From Desulfobacterales bacterium (GTDB lineage Bacteria > Desulfobacterota > Desulfobacteria > Desulfobacterales > SG8-13), in the NCBI GenBank assembly GCA_049666885.1, contig JBATHN010000072.1:1-25858 (forward strand): a DNA stretch of 25,858 bases. The letters run 5' to 3'. The notes beneath the pieces are model-generated. The model did no database searches and was not told the DNA's origin. It saw nothing but the letters and a program-made list of their open reading frames with translations. Position numbers and translations under genes: made by a program. Below, in pieces: positions 1 through 8,066 of this stretch (the stretch's first letter is position 1; every line of letters starts with the position of its first letter).

Positions 1-2
1 TG

Positions 3-1067
3 CTCGCCCTGGATGACATCAACGCCGGGGGGGGGCTATTTGGCCAGCAAATCGATCTGATCTTCGGCGACACTGAGTGCAAGCCGGATAAAGGCTTGGC
101 CGTTGTCAAAAAACTGGTTACCCAGGACGATGTTCTGGTGGTCGGAGGAGGGTACTGTTCCAGCGTTAATATCGCCACCAGCGAGTTCTGCCAGTTCGAA
201 GAAGTCCCTGTGGTTGTCGCCATCGCCATCAGCCCAACCATCACCAACAGGGGCTATGATTATGTCTTTCGCACGAGTCCCAACAGCCCTATGTTTTTGG
301 AAGGGATGAATACGTGGCTGGCTGAAGTGAAGAAGCCCAAAACCGTAGCGTTTTTTATGGAAAACTCCGACTATGGTCGAGACGGACAGAAGATCTGGGA
401 AGCCCAGTGTAAAAAGATCGGTACCAAAGTTCTTGCCGAACTCTATTTCGAAATCGGTAACACTGATTTTACGGCCTCCATATCCAAGCTCAAGGATCTG
501 AAACCGGAAGTGGTCTTCAACATCGCCTCCACCACCGAAGCGGCTCTCATTCAAAAACAGGCCAAGGAATTGAATTTTGTTACTCAATGGATCGGAGTAG
601 GCGGGCAGTTTACCGAAGCCTATTTCAAGATGACCGGCCCTGTCAGCGAATACGCCATGGGGTCATCGTTGGAGCCCACCAAGGCAATGAAAGATCCGGT
701 TACTGCAGCGTTCGTAAATGCCTATGTGAAGAAATACCCTGATAGCCGTCCGGGCATCTTTTCCAGCCAAGGCTACGACAACTTGATGGTGATAACCGAT
801 GCAATCAAGCGGGCCGGCAAACCCACCGGAAAGCTGGCCGAAGACCGAAAAAAGATCCGCAACGCCTTGGGCGATACGGACATGAAGCTCTCCCAGGGCC
901 AGATCAAATTCGGCAAGGACGGACAGGTATTTACCGTGATTCCGTCCGTCGTGCAGGTTCAGCTGGACAAAGACTGTAAACCGGATACCCAGATCATCTT
1001 CCCACCGGAACGGGCGGCCTTCAATTATCAAGAACCGCTGCCCTGGAGCCAAAGGAAATGCAAATAG
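3..1067 (+). CDS. Branched-chain amino acid-type ABC transporter substrate-binding protein (LivJ/LivK-like), 5' end outside the window
   Basis: The frame is open from position 3 (LALDDINAGGGLFGQQIDLIFGDTECKPDKG...) into the ORF 96..1067. It has the INAxGG motif, 'YVFRTSP', 'SDYGRD' and 'TDFTASISKLK' typical of type I periplasmic binding proteins, and lies upstream of Liv permeases. Confidence 0.93.
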   Translation, partial: LALDDINAGGGLFGQQIDLIFGDTECKPDKGLAVVKKLVTQDDVLVVGGGYCSSVNIATSEFCQFEEVPVVVAIAISPTITNRGYDYVFRTSPNSPMFLEGMNTWLAEVKKPKTVAFFMENSDYGRDGQKIWEAQCKKIGTKVLAELYFEIGNTDFTASISKLKDLKPEVVFNIASTTEAALIQKQAKELNFVTQWIGVGGQFTEAYFKMTGPVSEYAMGSSLEPTKAMKDPVTAAFVNAYVKKYPDSRPGIFSSQGYDNLMVITDAIKRAGKPTGKLAEDRKKIRNALGDTDMKLSQGQIKFGKDGQVFTVIPSVVQVQLDKDCKPDTQIIFPPERAAFNYQEPLPWSQRKCK

Positions 1068-1135
1068 AACCGTCTTGACTTTTCGCACGTTTTTCCTGAA
1101 TACAGACAGATAACAGGCGTTTTTCGACTATTCAC

Positions 1136-1169
1136 TGGAAGGGGCCACTCGTCGTGGTGACCCCTTCCA
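1136..1169 (+). other. Intercistronic stem-loop between binding-protein gene and permease
   Basis: TGGAAGGGG (1136-1144) pairs with CCCCTTCCA (1161-1169), with an inner CCAC/GTGG stem. No U-tract follows. The position is typical of mRNA-stabilising hairpins in ABC operons. Confidence 0.65.
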
Positions 1170-1206
1170 TACGATGGAACACCGGCCGTTATATAAACGG
1201 GGTTTT

Positions 1207-2088
1207 ATGGAATCACTATTTCTTCAGCAAACACTCAACGGTCTGATCGTCGGCAGTGTTTACAGTTTGATTGCCATCGGTCTGACCATGGTATTCGGTG
1301 TGATGAAAATCAGCAATTTCGCTCATGGGGATTATGCCATGGTGGGCGCATACGTCGCGGTTTTCGTATTAGCCTGGATTCCAGGTTGGTTGGGTTGGGT
1401 CGGTTCGGTGATTGCTGCAGCCGCTGCGGTGGGCCTGCTTGGGATTATCACCGAGCGGATTGTATTCCGGCCGTTGATGACCCGCTGGACCGACATCGAC
1501 ACCATCATGGTTTCCATCGGTCTTTTCATCCTGCTGGAAAACCTTGCGCAATTATTTTTCGGGGCGACCCCGCGAATGCTCGAAGATCCCTTTTCCGGAC
1601 GTGTGGTTGACTTGGGGGTGGTTTCCACGAGTATGCTGAGGATTTTATGTTTTGGCTTTTCGGCGGTGACCATAGTCCTGCTGCAGATTTTTCTTAACAG
1701 AACCAGGGTCGGCGTGGCCATTCAGGCCACCAGCCAGAACCGGTTTGCAGCCCAGCTTATGGGCATCAACATCAACTTCGTTTACACAATCACCTTTGCC
1801 GTGGGCGCTGCCCTTGCCGGGATTGGCGGAGTGCTCTACGGCACGCTTTTCGCGGTCTATCCTCTAATGGGAGCCATGCCGACTCTGAAGGCCTTTGTCG
1901 TAACCATCCTGGGGGGCATGGGTAATATTCGTGGTGCAATTTTTGGCGGGTTTATTCTGGGAGTAGCCGAGGTGCTGGGCGGCAACTATATCGCCATGGA
2001 ATTCAAACATGCCATCGGCTTTTTCATCATCATCCTGGTGTTGCTCGTCAAACCGACCGGCCTGTTTGGACAAAAGGAGGGAACTTGA
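1207..2088 (+). CDS. livH: Branched-chain amino acid ABC transporter permease (LivH-like)
   Basis: 'QQTLNGLIVGSVYSLIAIGLTMVFGVMKISNFAHGD' and 'KAFVVTILGGMGNIRGA'; hydrophobic. Start chosen at ATG 1207 (MESLFLQQ); the ORF track gives 1174 as an alternative. Confidence 0.92.
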   Translation: MESLFLQQTLNGLIVGSVYSLIAIGLTMVFGVMKISNFAHGDYAMVGAYVAVFVLAWIPGWLGWVGSVIAAAAAVGLLGIITERIVFRPLMTRWTDIDTIMVSIGLFILLENLAQLFFGATPRMLEDPFSGRVVDLGVVSTSMLRILCFGFSAVTIVLLQIFLNRTRVGVAIQATSQNRFAAQLMGININFVYTITFAVGAALAGIGGVLYGTLFAVYPLMGAMPTLKAFVVTILGGMGNIRGAIFGGFILGVAEVLGGNYIAMEFKHAIGFFIIILVLLVKPTGLFGQKEGT

Positions 2089-3092
2089 GCAAAAACTCCA
2101 GGAAATGGTTGTTCAGAGCCCTCGTCCTGGCAGCGCTTGCCCTGCTGCCACAAGTAATTCAGGCCCGCTATTTTTTGCATTTAATGGTCATGGCCGGTAT
2201 TTTCACCATCCTTACCCTAAGCTGGAACTTGCTGGCCGGCTACACCGGTCTGCTGAATCTCGGGCATGCCGCCTTTTACGGGATCGGCGCCTATACCAGT
2301 TCACTGTTGGCCATTATGCTGGGGATATCCCCCTGGATCGGTCTTTTTGCCGGTGGCCTGGTGGCGGCATTTTTCGGATTTCTCTTAGGATTTCCGGCCC
2401 TGCGGCTATCGGGGCCATACCTGGCCATTACCACCATCGGTTTTGCCGAAATCTTGCGAATGGTAGCCATAAACTGGGTCGATCTCACCCGCGGCTCCCT
2501 TGGACTATCTGGCATACCGTTGCTCACCCCGATCCGCTTAGGCGCCTTGAACATTAAGTTCTATTTTGAAAGGGATTATTATTATGTGGTGCTCGCTGCG
2601 GTGCTGGTTACCCTGTTTTGCGTGCGTCGACTGACGCAGTCCGAATTCGGTGTCAGTCTGCAGGCTCTGAGGGATGACGAACCGGGTGCCCAGAGCATCG
2701 GTATCAACACCGCCAGATACAAGATTGCTGTGTTCACTATCAGTGCCTTTTTTGCGGGCTTCGCTGGAGCGTTGTTCGCCCATTTCATACGACTGGTCAG
2801 CCCGGAAATGATGGCATTGCACACGACTTTCGACACGCTGACCATGGCTATGATCGGTGGGCTAGGCACTATGGCCGGTCCCATTTTAGGCGCAGTAGTG
2901 ATCACTTTCCTGTCCGAATGGCTCCGTTATGTAGAGGATCTGTTCAAGGTTGATATCCGCTTTGTCATTTACGGTTTGATGCTGATCCTTACCATCCTGT
3001 TCATGCGGGAAGGTATCGTAGGACTTCTGCGCGGGCTTGCGAACAAACTCGGAAGTTCCCGACTCGGCGGGAAAAAAGAGAGTGAGCCATGA
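2085..3092 (+). CDS. livM: Branched-chain amino acid ABC transporter permease (LivM-like)
   Basis: 'SWNLLAGYTGLLNLGHAAFYGIGAY', 'LRLSGPYLAITTIGFAEI' and 'ALRDDE'. The TTG start overlaps the livH TGA, with AAGGAGG upstream. Confidence 0.92.
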   Translation: MSKNSRKWLFRALVLAALALLPQVIQARYFLHLMVMAGIFTILTLSWNLLAGYTGLLNLGHAAFYGIGAYTSSLLAIMLGISPWIGLFAGGLVAAFFGFLLGFPALRLSGPYLAITTIGFAEILRMVAINWVDLTRGSLGLSGIPLLTPIRLGALNIKFYFERDYYYVVLAAVLVTLFCVRRLTQSEFGVSLQALRDDEPGAQSIGINTARYKIAVFTISAFFAGFAGALFAHFIRLVSPEMMALHTTFDTLTMAMIGGLGTMAGPILGAVVITFLSEWLRYVEDLFKVDIRFVIYGLMLILTILFMREGIVGLLRGLANKLGSSRLGGKKESEP

Positions 3093-3877
3093 CCGAAATT
3101 CTGCGCGTCGAAGGGCTGGCTAAAATGTTCGGGGGGTTGTGCGCCGTCAGCGACGTGAGCTTTAATTTGAATCACAAAGAGATAGTTGGGCTGATCGGTC
3201 CCAACGGGGCCGGCAAAACAACGCTGATAAATCTGATCTCCGGTGCTATCCAGCCTACCCGGGGCCGGATTCTGTTCAACGGTCGCGACATCTCTAAGGC
3301 CAAGGCTCATGAAGTGAACAATCTCGGAATCGCCAGAACTTTTCAAGTGGTTCGCATTTTCGCAAAACTCACCGTATTGGAAAACGTTCTGGCAGGCCTT
3401 GTGGACCGGCGCAGTAAAGGTCCTTGGCATCTGGCAAAGGATGCGATTTTCGGGCCCGCCGGCGCGCTTGTCGAAGACCGAGATGCGTGTCGCAGGGCCG
3501 AAGAACTCTTGGAATTTGTGGGCATCGGTCGTTATCGTAAAGAATTGGCTGAAAATCTACCCTATGCACTGACGAAGCGCCTTGAAATAGCTCGGGCCAT
3601 GGCCACGGCCCCAAAACTCCTGCTTCTCGACGAACCGAGCTCCGGTCTCAATCCAGCCGAACTGATGGGCCAAATAGCACTGATCAATGAGATCAACCGG
3701 CGCGACGTCAGCATCCTGATCATCGAGCACGTAATGAAGGTGATTATGGACATTTCTCACCGGCTCATTGTCCTCGACTACGGTGAGAAAATCGCCGAAG
3801 GTGTCCCCGAGGAAGTGTGTAGCAATCCCAAAGTGATCGATGCATACCTGGGAGGCGGCGCCCATGCTGCGCATTGA
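3089..3877 (+). CDS. livG: Branched-chain amino acid ABC transporter ATP-binding protein (LivG-like)
   Basis: Walker A GPNGAGKTT, 'GIARTFQ', Walker B LLLLDEP, 'IEHVM' H-loop, C-terminal 'VIDAYLG'. ATGA overlap with livM. Confidence 0.93.
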   Translation: MTEILRVEGLAKMFGGLCAVSDVSFNLNHKEIVGLIGPNGAGKTTLINLISGAIQPTRGRILFNGRDISKAKAHEVNNLGIARTFQVVRIFAKLTVLENVLAGLVDRRSKGPWHLAKDAIFGPAGALVEDRDACRRAEELLEFVGIGRYRKELAENLPYALTKRLEIARAMATAPKLLLLDEPSSGLNPAELMGQIALINEINRRDVSILIIEHVMKVIMDISHRLIVLDYGEKIAEGVPEEVCSNPKVIDAYLGGGAHAAH

Positions 3878-4571
3878 AAATCTGGAAGTTTCATACGGTA
3901 AGGCTGTCGCTCTCAGCGATGTCTCCCTGGCGGTGAACCAAGGCGAGTTGGTCACCCTTCTTGGATCCAACGGAGCGGGTAAGTCAACCCTGCTGAAAAC
4001 CGTTTCGGGTATCAATCGCGTCCAGAAAGGACGCATTCTCTGGAACGACCGGCAGATCCAAAACCTTTCGGCCCACCAGATAGTGAAGCTGGGCATTATT
4101 CAGGTTCCGGAAGGCCGATGTGTGTTTCCGGACCTGACCGTTGCAGACAATTTGCGCATGGGCGCATTTATCCGCAAAGATCCTGAAGGGATAGCCAGGG
4201 ATTTGGAGTTTGTCTTCGAACTCTTCCCGCGCCTCAATGAAAGGAAAAAGCAGTCTGCCGGCACCCTTTCGGGGGGTGAGGCTCAGATGCTGACTATAGC
4301 CAGGGGGCTGCTCTCTAAACCGAAGCTGCTCATGCTCGACGAACCGAGCCTGGGGTTGGCTCCCGTTGTACGCGAAGCGATTTTCGAAGTGATTCAGCAG
4401 ATCTACCAGCAAAGGGAAATCACTATACTGCTGGTAGAGCAAAATGCCAAGTGGGCGCTTCAGGTAGCCACCCGCGGGTACATCCTGGAGAACGGGCGGA
4501 TCACGCTGGAAGACAGCGGAAGAGCCCTGGCGGAAAACCCCCATGTTCAAAGAGCCTATCTGGGGATTTGA
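3864..4571 (+). CDS. livF: Branched-chain amino acid ABC transporter ATP-binding protein (LivF-like)
   Basis: Walker A GSNGAGKST, 'VPEGR', signature LSGGE, 'LMLDEPSLGLAP' and 'LLVEQN'. Start set at ATG 3864 after GGAGG. Confidence 0.93.
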   Translation: MLRIENLEVSYGKAVALSDVSLAVNQGELVTLLGSNGAGKSTLLKTVSGINRVQKGRILWNDRQIQNLSAHQIVKLGIIQVPEGRCVFPDLTVADNLRMGAFIRKDPEGIARDLEFVFELFPRLNERKKQSAGTLSGGEAQMLTIARGLLSKPKLLMLDEPSLGLAPVVREAIFEVIQQIYQQREITILLVEQNAKWALQVATRGYILENGRITLEDSGRALAENPHVQRAYLGI

Positions 4572-4584
4572 TAGGAGAAACGAG

Positions 4585-5748
4585 ATGAACGATATCAAGG
4601 CAGTATTGGACGAAGAACGGCTCAAGGCCTTTGCAATAGAACTGATACAGACACCCAGCCTGAGTATGGAAGAAGCAGGCGTCAGCCAATTGGTTCGGCG
4701 CGAGATGGAGTCTCTGGGTTATGACGATGTTTGGGTTGACGCCCTTCACAACGTGGTGGGTGTCATCAAGGGTACCGGGTCCGGTCCTACGCTCATGTTC
4801 AACGGCCATATCGATCACGCCGGTGTGGGAGACATGCCCGAACCCTTTAGCGGCAAAGTAATTGATGGCAGCGCCTTCGGGCACGAAGGTTCGGTAATTT
4901 ATGGACGGGGGGCCTCGGACATGAAAGGTGCAGTGGCGGCTATGGTGCATGCCGGCGGTATGATCAAGAGATTAGGCTCTCACCCTGCAGGAGATGTCCT
5001 GGTCACCTGCGTATCACGCGAGGAAATGGCTCGGGGCGAAGGAATTAAGCATCTGCTTGAAAGCGGGCTAAGGGCTGATTTTGCCGTCAGTGGAGAGGCC
5101 AGCGGCCTTAAGGTCTACGTAGGGCATCGAGGTAAGTTTGAAGTAAAGGTTACAGTAAAAGGTAGAACGACCCACGGTGGATATCCCCAGGGGGGGATCA
5201 ACGCCATCTTTAAAATGAACCGCTTTCTCAGCGCACTGCTGACAGACTATCCCCTGCCTGACCATCCCTTTTTAGGTAAGGCCACTGTTACGGCACTTGA
5301 TATCTGTGCCAGCCCCGGGGCATTGACGCCCATTGTGCCGGATCGCTGTGAGGCCGTGATCGATCGCCGATTTTTCCCGGAGGAAAACGAGGAACAGCTC
5401 TTGGGCAGTTTTCGAAAAATCTTCGAACAAATTCGGAAAGAAGATCCTGAGTTTAAAGCGGAAGTAGAGACTCTTAAGTGGTTTCCGGCCATGTTCACCG
5501 ATCCCAACGAGCCGGTTGTACGGGCTATACTAAGGGCCCGAGAAAAAGTGCTTGGTGATGGCGGTAATGTTGGTGCCTGGTATTTCGGGGTGGACGGCAC
5601 TTTTATCAACGAAGCAGGTATACCCTGTGTGGGACTGGGCCCCGGCAACGAATACCTGGCCCACACGCCTAAGGATGTGGTGCCTGTGCGGGAACTTTTC
5701 TGTGCCGCGGAAATATACGCCGCCTTGATCATGGACATGCGCGGGTAA
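4585..5748 (+). CDS. M20 family metallohydrolase (ArgE/DapE-like, resembling the YgeY subgroup)
   Basis: Metal-binding motifs 'FNGHID', 'YGRGASDMKG', 'SREE', 'SGE' and C-terminal 'GPGNEYLAH'. ATG 4585 is preceded by AGGAG. Confidence 0.88.
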   Translation: MNDIKAVLDEERLKAFAIELIQTPSLSMEEAGVSQLVRREMESLGYDDVWVDALHNVVGVIKGTGSGPTLMFNGHIDHAGVGDMPEPFSGKVIDGSAFGHEGSVIYGRGASDMKGAVAAMVHAGGMIKRLGSHPAGDVLVTCVSREEMARGEGIKHLLESGLRADFAVSGEASGLKVYVGHRGKFEVKVTVKGRTTHGGYPQGGINAIFKMNRFLSALLTDYPLPDHPFLGKATVTALDICASPGALTPIVPDRCEAVIDRRFFPEENEEQLLGSFRKIFEQIRKEDPEFKAEVETLKWFPAMFTDPNEPVVRAILRAREKVLGDGGNVGAWYFGVDGTFINEAGIPCVGLGPGNEYLAHTPKDVVPVRELFCAAEIYAALIMDMRG

Positions 5749-5991
5749 TTTTATTGAGAAATTTGCGGGACCAGAAATTTGGCAGTCATGAAATTATGAT
5801 AAAAGCATGACAGGGGGAATACAGGATGTCCCCTACTTCCAATCAGTCCTGGATAGCGGTAAGCACGCCGCCGATGAAGAAAATTTTGAGCTTGAGGTAC
5901 AAAACGTTAAAAGATGAGAGTGTTCCCTGTATTTGCCGTGGTGGTTTCCTCTGTAGGCGCCTAATCGTGCCGATCCCGGCATGAGAATCAG

Positions 5992-6028
5992 CTAACAATA
6001 TGCATGGCAATTGTTAGGTTATTTTTTT
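5992..6028 (+). terminator. Possible intrinsic terminator or hairpin
   Basis: CTAACAAT (5992-5999) pairs with ATTGTTAG (6010-6017), with an inner TGC/GCA, followed by GTTATTTTTTT. The stem is AT-rich and about 250 bp downstream of the M20 gene. Confidence 0.35.
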
Positions 6029-6346
6029 AAGATATCCCGCCCTTCGTCACACCTATCCCCCCGTGGTACTCGATGACACCACCGGCAAAATGCTGTTTGA
6101 CGGATCCGGTCGCCAGTTAGCCTGTCTTAAGGATATTGCCTCGTTCTTTTTTTACTTTAGCGCATTATTCCCCCGCTCTTTAAATGCAAACTAAATATAC
6201 TGAATGGTAATTGTAAGTGTATACTTCCTTTACAGTATTCACTATCCATGTCCTTTGACCGGAGAGTAGCAATTGAGACCTGGGGTATTTTTATGAATTT
6301 TTAACATGTTAGAGCCACTGGTGCCGTCTCGCCAAAATACCACAAT

Positions 6347-6364
6347 GTGGCATACATTATGCTT
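6347..6364 (+). promoter_or_regulatory. Sigma54 (RpoN) -24/-12 promoter
   Basis: GTGGCATACATTATGCTT has GG (6349-6350) and GC (6361-6362) separated by exactly 10 nt, close to the TGGCAC-N5-TTGC consensus. It points toward the gene at 6557. Confidence 0.6.
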
Positions 6365-6556
6365 CTGCGTGTTGTGTGGTCGACAATGACCGCACAACTT
6401 ACGATCGGCACTTGTAAGATTAAATACTCGGAGTGGATCGTCCACCGGGTGGTCTACATGGGCTCCGGTTGGTTTTTTAGCAATGCCGGAAGACAGCGAG
6501 ATATACTTCGATTTAAACACAGGGTGATAAATATATCTAAAAGAGAGGAGGACGTC

Positions 6557-7234
6557 ATGTTACTTTCAACATTCAAAAGATTGATCATTTTCTTGTTGGT
6601 GTTTTGGTTTGTTGCAAGTGCTCGGATGACGGATGCCGGGACTGTGACTGAACTCTATCAATCTGACTTTATCACCGGAACTTATATTATCGACGAGCCG
6701 GGTATTTACCGACTTGCTGAAGATATTTCATTTAATCCCAATTCAACCGCGCTGCTGGGAACCGATGCCTATCATGCCGGCTTCCCATTGCCGAATCAGT
6801 TTGCCCCGTCGGGTCCATATAATCCCAGTGCGTTTGGAATAGGATTTTTCGCGGCAATTGCCATCACCGCCCAAAACGTTGTTTTGGACCTGGCTGGCCA
6901 CACCATTGAGCAAAGCAAAGAGCATGCCTTGCTCCAAAGGTTCTTTGCGGTCATAGAACTGGCCGATCAGCCCTTCATCCCGGAACAAGGCCCTTCGGAT
7001 TTTGGTGCCGATATTAAATCTGCTATAAATGTTTTCATAATGAATGGACCAATAGAGCCTGGCTTGTCGCCCGACTGCGTTGAAGAGGAGAATAAATTCA
7101 GTGCACGTGAAGCAACACTTCGCTGCTGCGACGGGATAGTACGCATCGAAGCTTATCGCAAGAGCAAGGATCCCGAACTCAAGCCGATGATCTTACCCGG
7201 GGATGCGAGCCGGTCGTTGACGGTAATGGCCTGA
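6557..7234 (+). pseudogene. Secreted hypothetical protein, probably truncated near 7050 and read through into unrelated sequence
   Basis: GAGGAGG RBS, then ATG 6557 and a signal-peptide-like N-terminus (MLLSTFKRLIIFLLVFWFVASA). 'TYIIDEPGIYRLAEDI', 'NVVLDLAGHTI' and 'NVFIMNG' resemble the start of a right-handed beta-helix protein. The sequence turns GC-richer after about 7050 and runs into other gene remnants. Confidence 0.55.
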
Positions 7235-7496
7235 TCGGCCGCATCACCACCCGACAGTTAAGGGGATACCACGCGATCGATGGCGCCGTACGACCGTCGA
7301 CGAGGTGGCCGAGCAATGCAGCGACGAAAACACCATCGAGCTGAAAAGCGTCGCCGTAAAAGCACTGGCGAGAATGCACTGTAACAGCGCCGGCCGCCTG
7401 ATGGTCGTCGAAGGCAACCGGTTGATGGGGATCATTGCATTGAAGGACCTGCTCAATTTTCTCTCCATGAAGATCGAACTGGAGGAAGTTGGATAA
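7210..7496 (+). pseudogene. CBS-domain pair remnant, resembling the C-terminus of M50 site-2 protease-CBS proteins; frameshifted
   Basis: The frame from 7210 reads PVVDGNGLIGRITTRQ. After a 1-nt shift near 7257 it continues VKGIPRDRWRRTTVDEVAEQCSDENTI...GRLMVVEGNRLMGIIALKDLLNFLSMKIELEEVG*. Two CBS 'hVVx-G-LxGxIT/IA' motifs are present; there is no start or N-terminal domain. Confidence 0.72.
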
Positions 7497-7513
7497 GGGA
7501 AAGGAGAAAACCA

Positions 7514-7651
7514 AATGCCGGGGCCGAATTTATCGATCAGGAAGTCGTCGAAGACGGCCGCCTCGTTTCCAGCCGCCATCCCGGTGATCTGCCGGCGTTT
7601 ATCCGGGCCTCCTTGCGACAATTGAAGGAGACAGGCGGTTCGGTGAAATGA
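7514..7651 (+). pseudogene. C-terminal remnant of a PfpI/DJ-1 (type 1 glutamine amidotransferase-like) protein
   Basis: Translation NAGAEFIDQEVVEDGRLVSSRHPGDLPAFIRASLRQLKETGGSVK* matches the PfpI/YhbO C-terminal pattern NAGAxxxDxxVVxDGxLVTSRxPxDLPAF. It is not in the ORF track. An RBS (AAGGAG 7501-7506) and an out-of-frame ATG (7515) lie directly at the junction. Confidence 0.82.
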
Positions 7652-7724
7652 CCGCGGCGTACGATACCGTGATATCAGCCCACCGATGGGGAATAGACCG
7701 TATTTCGGAAGGGGATATCAGGGT

Positions 7725-8013
7725 TTAGTAAAGATAAGACAGCACCTCACGATAGGTGGCGTCGATATCTTTAAGCATGTGATCCAACTCGGACACTTTT
7801 TTCTCCCAAGACCCGCCCTCTTCATCTTCTACCTGTTTAACATATTGGTCGATGATGGCCTGCTGTTGTTTCAACTGTTCGATCAGTTCGAAGGCGTCGC
7901 TTTTTTTGACTGCCTTTGGCCCCCTCGACCTGGGTCAGCAGGTTCGCGATTTTCTCCTTCCATTGTTGCGATGCCCTTTTCAATTCTTTCAGATTGATTT
8001 CAGTAGAGATTAT
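7725..8013 (-). pseudogene. Small coiled-coil protein gene (~95 aa, resembling sll1863-like stress proteins) with lost start codon and +1 frameshift
   Basis: On the minus strand, AAGGAG (8027-8022) is followed 8 nt later by ATA at 8013, reading IISTEINLKELKRASQQWKEKIANLLTQVEGAKGSQK. After a shift in an A7 run (plus-strand T 7901-7907) it reads SDAFELIEQLKQQQAIIDQYVKQVEDEEGGSWEKKVSELDHMLKDIDATYREVLSYLY*. The span is 289 nt (3n+1). Confidence 0.65.
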
Positions 8014-8066
8014 TGGCTGATCTCCTTAAAGTTGTTCGTTGATAACGTTCTTTCACTCACGATTGA

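Noticed and set aside
5811..5933. AATACAGG/CCTGTATT inverted repeat with TGTCCCCT-like words, a possible REP or IS remnant
   Set aside because: Only 8 bp match over about 100 bp, with no target duplication or transposase fragment; indistinguishable from chance.
6040..6185. Short open frame (HTYPPVVLDDTTGKMLFDGSG...)
   Set aside because: No convincing start or RBS and no recognisable motif.
6347..6556. N-terminal extension of the 295-aa ORF
   Set aside because: It overlaps the sigma54 motif and hairpins. The strong RBS and signal peptide point to ATG 6557.
7686..7997. 103-aa plus-strand ORF
   Set aside because: It is antisense to the coiled-coil pseudogene, which has the RBS and the more protein-like sequence.
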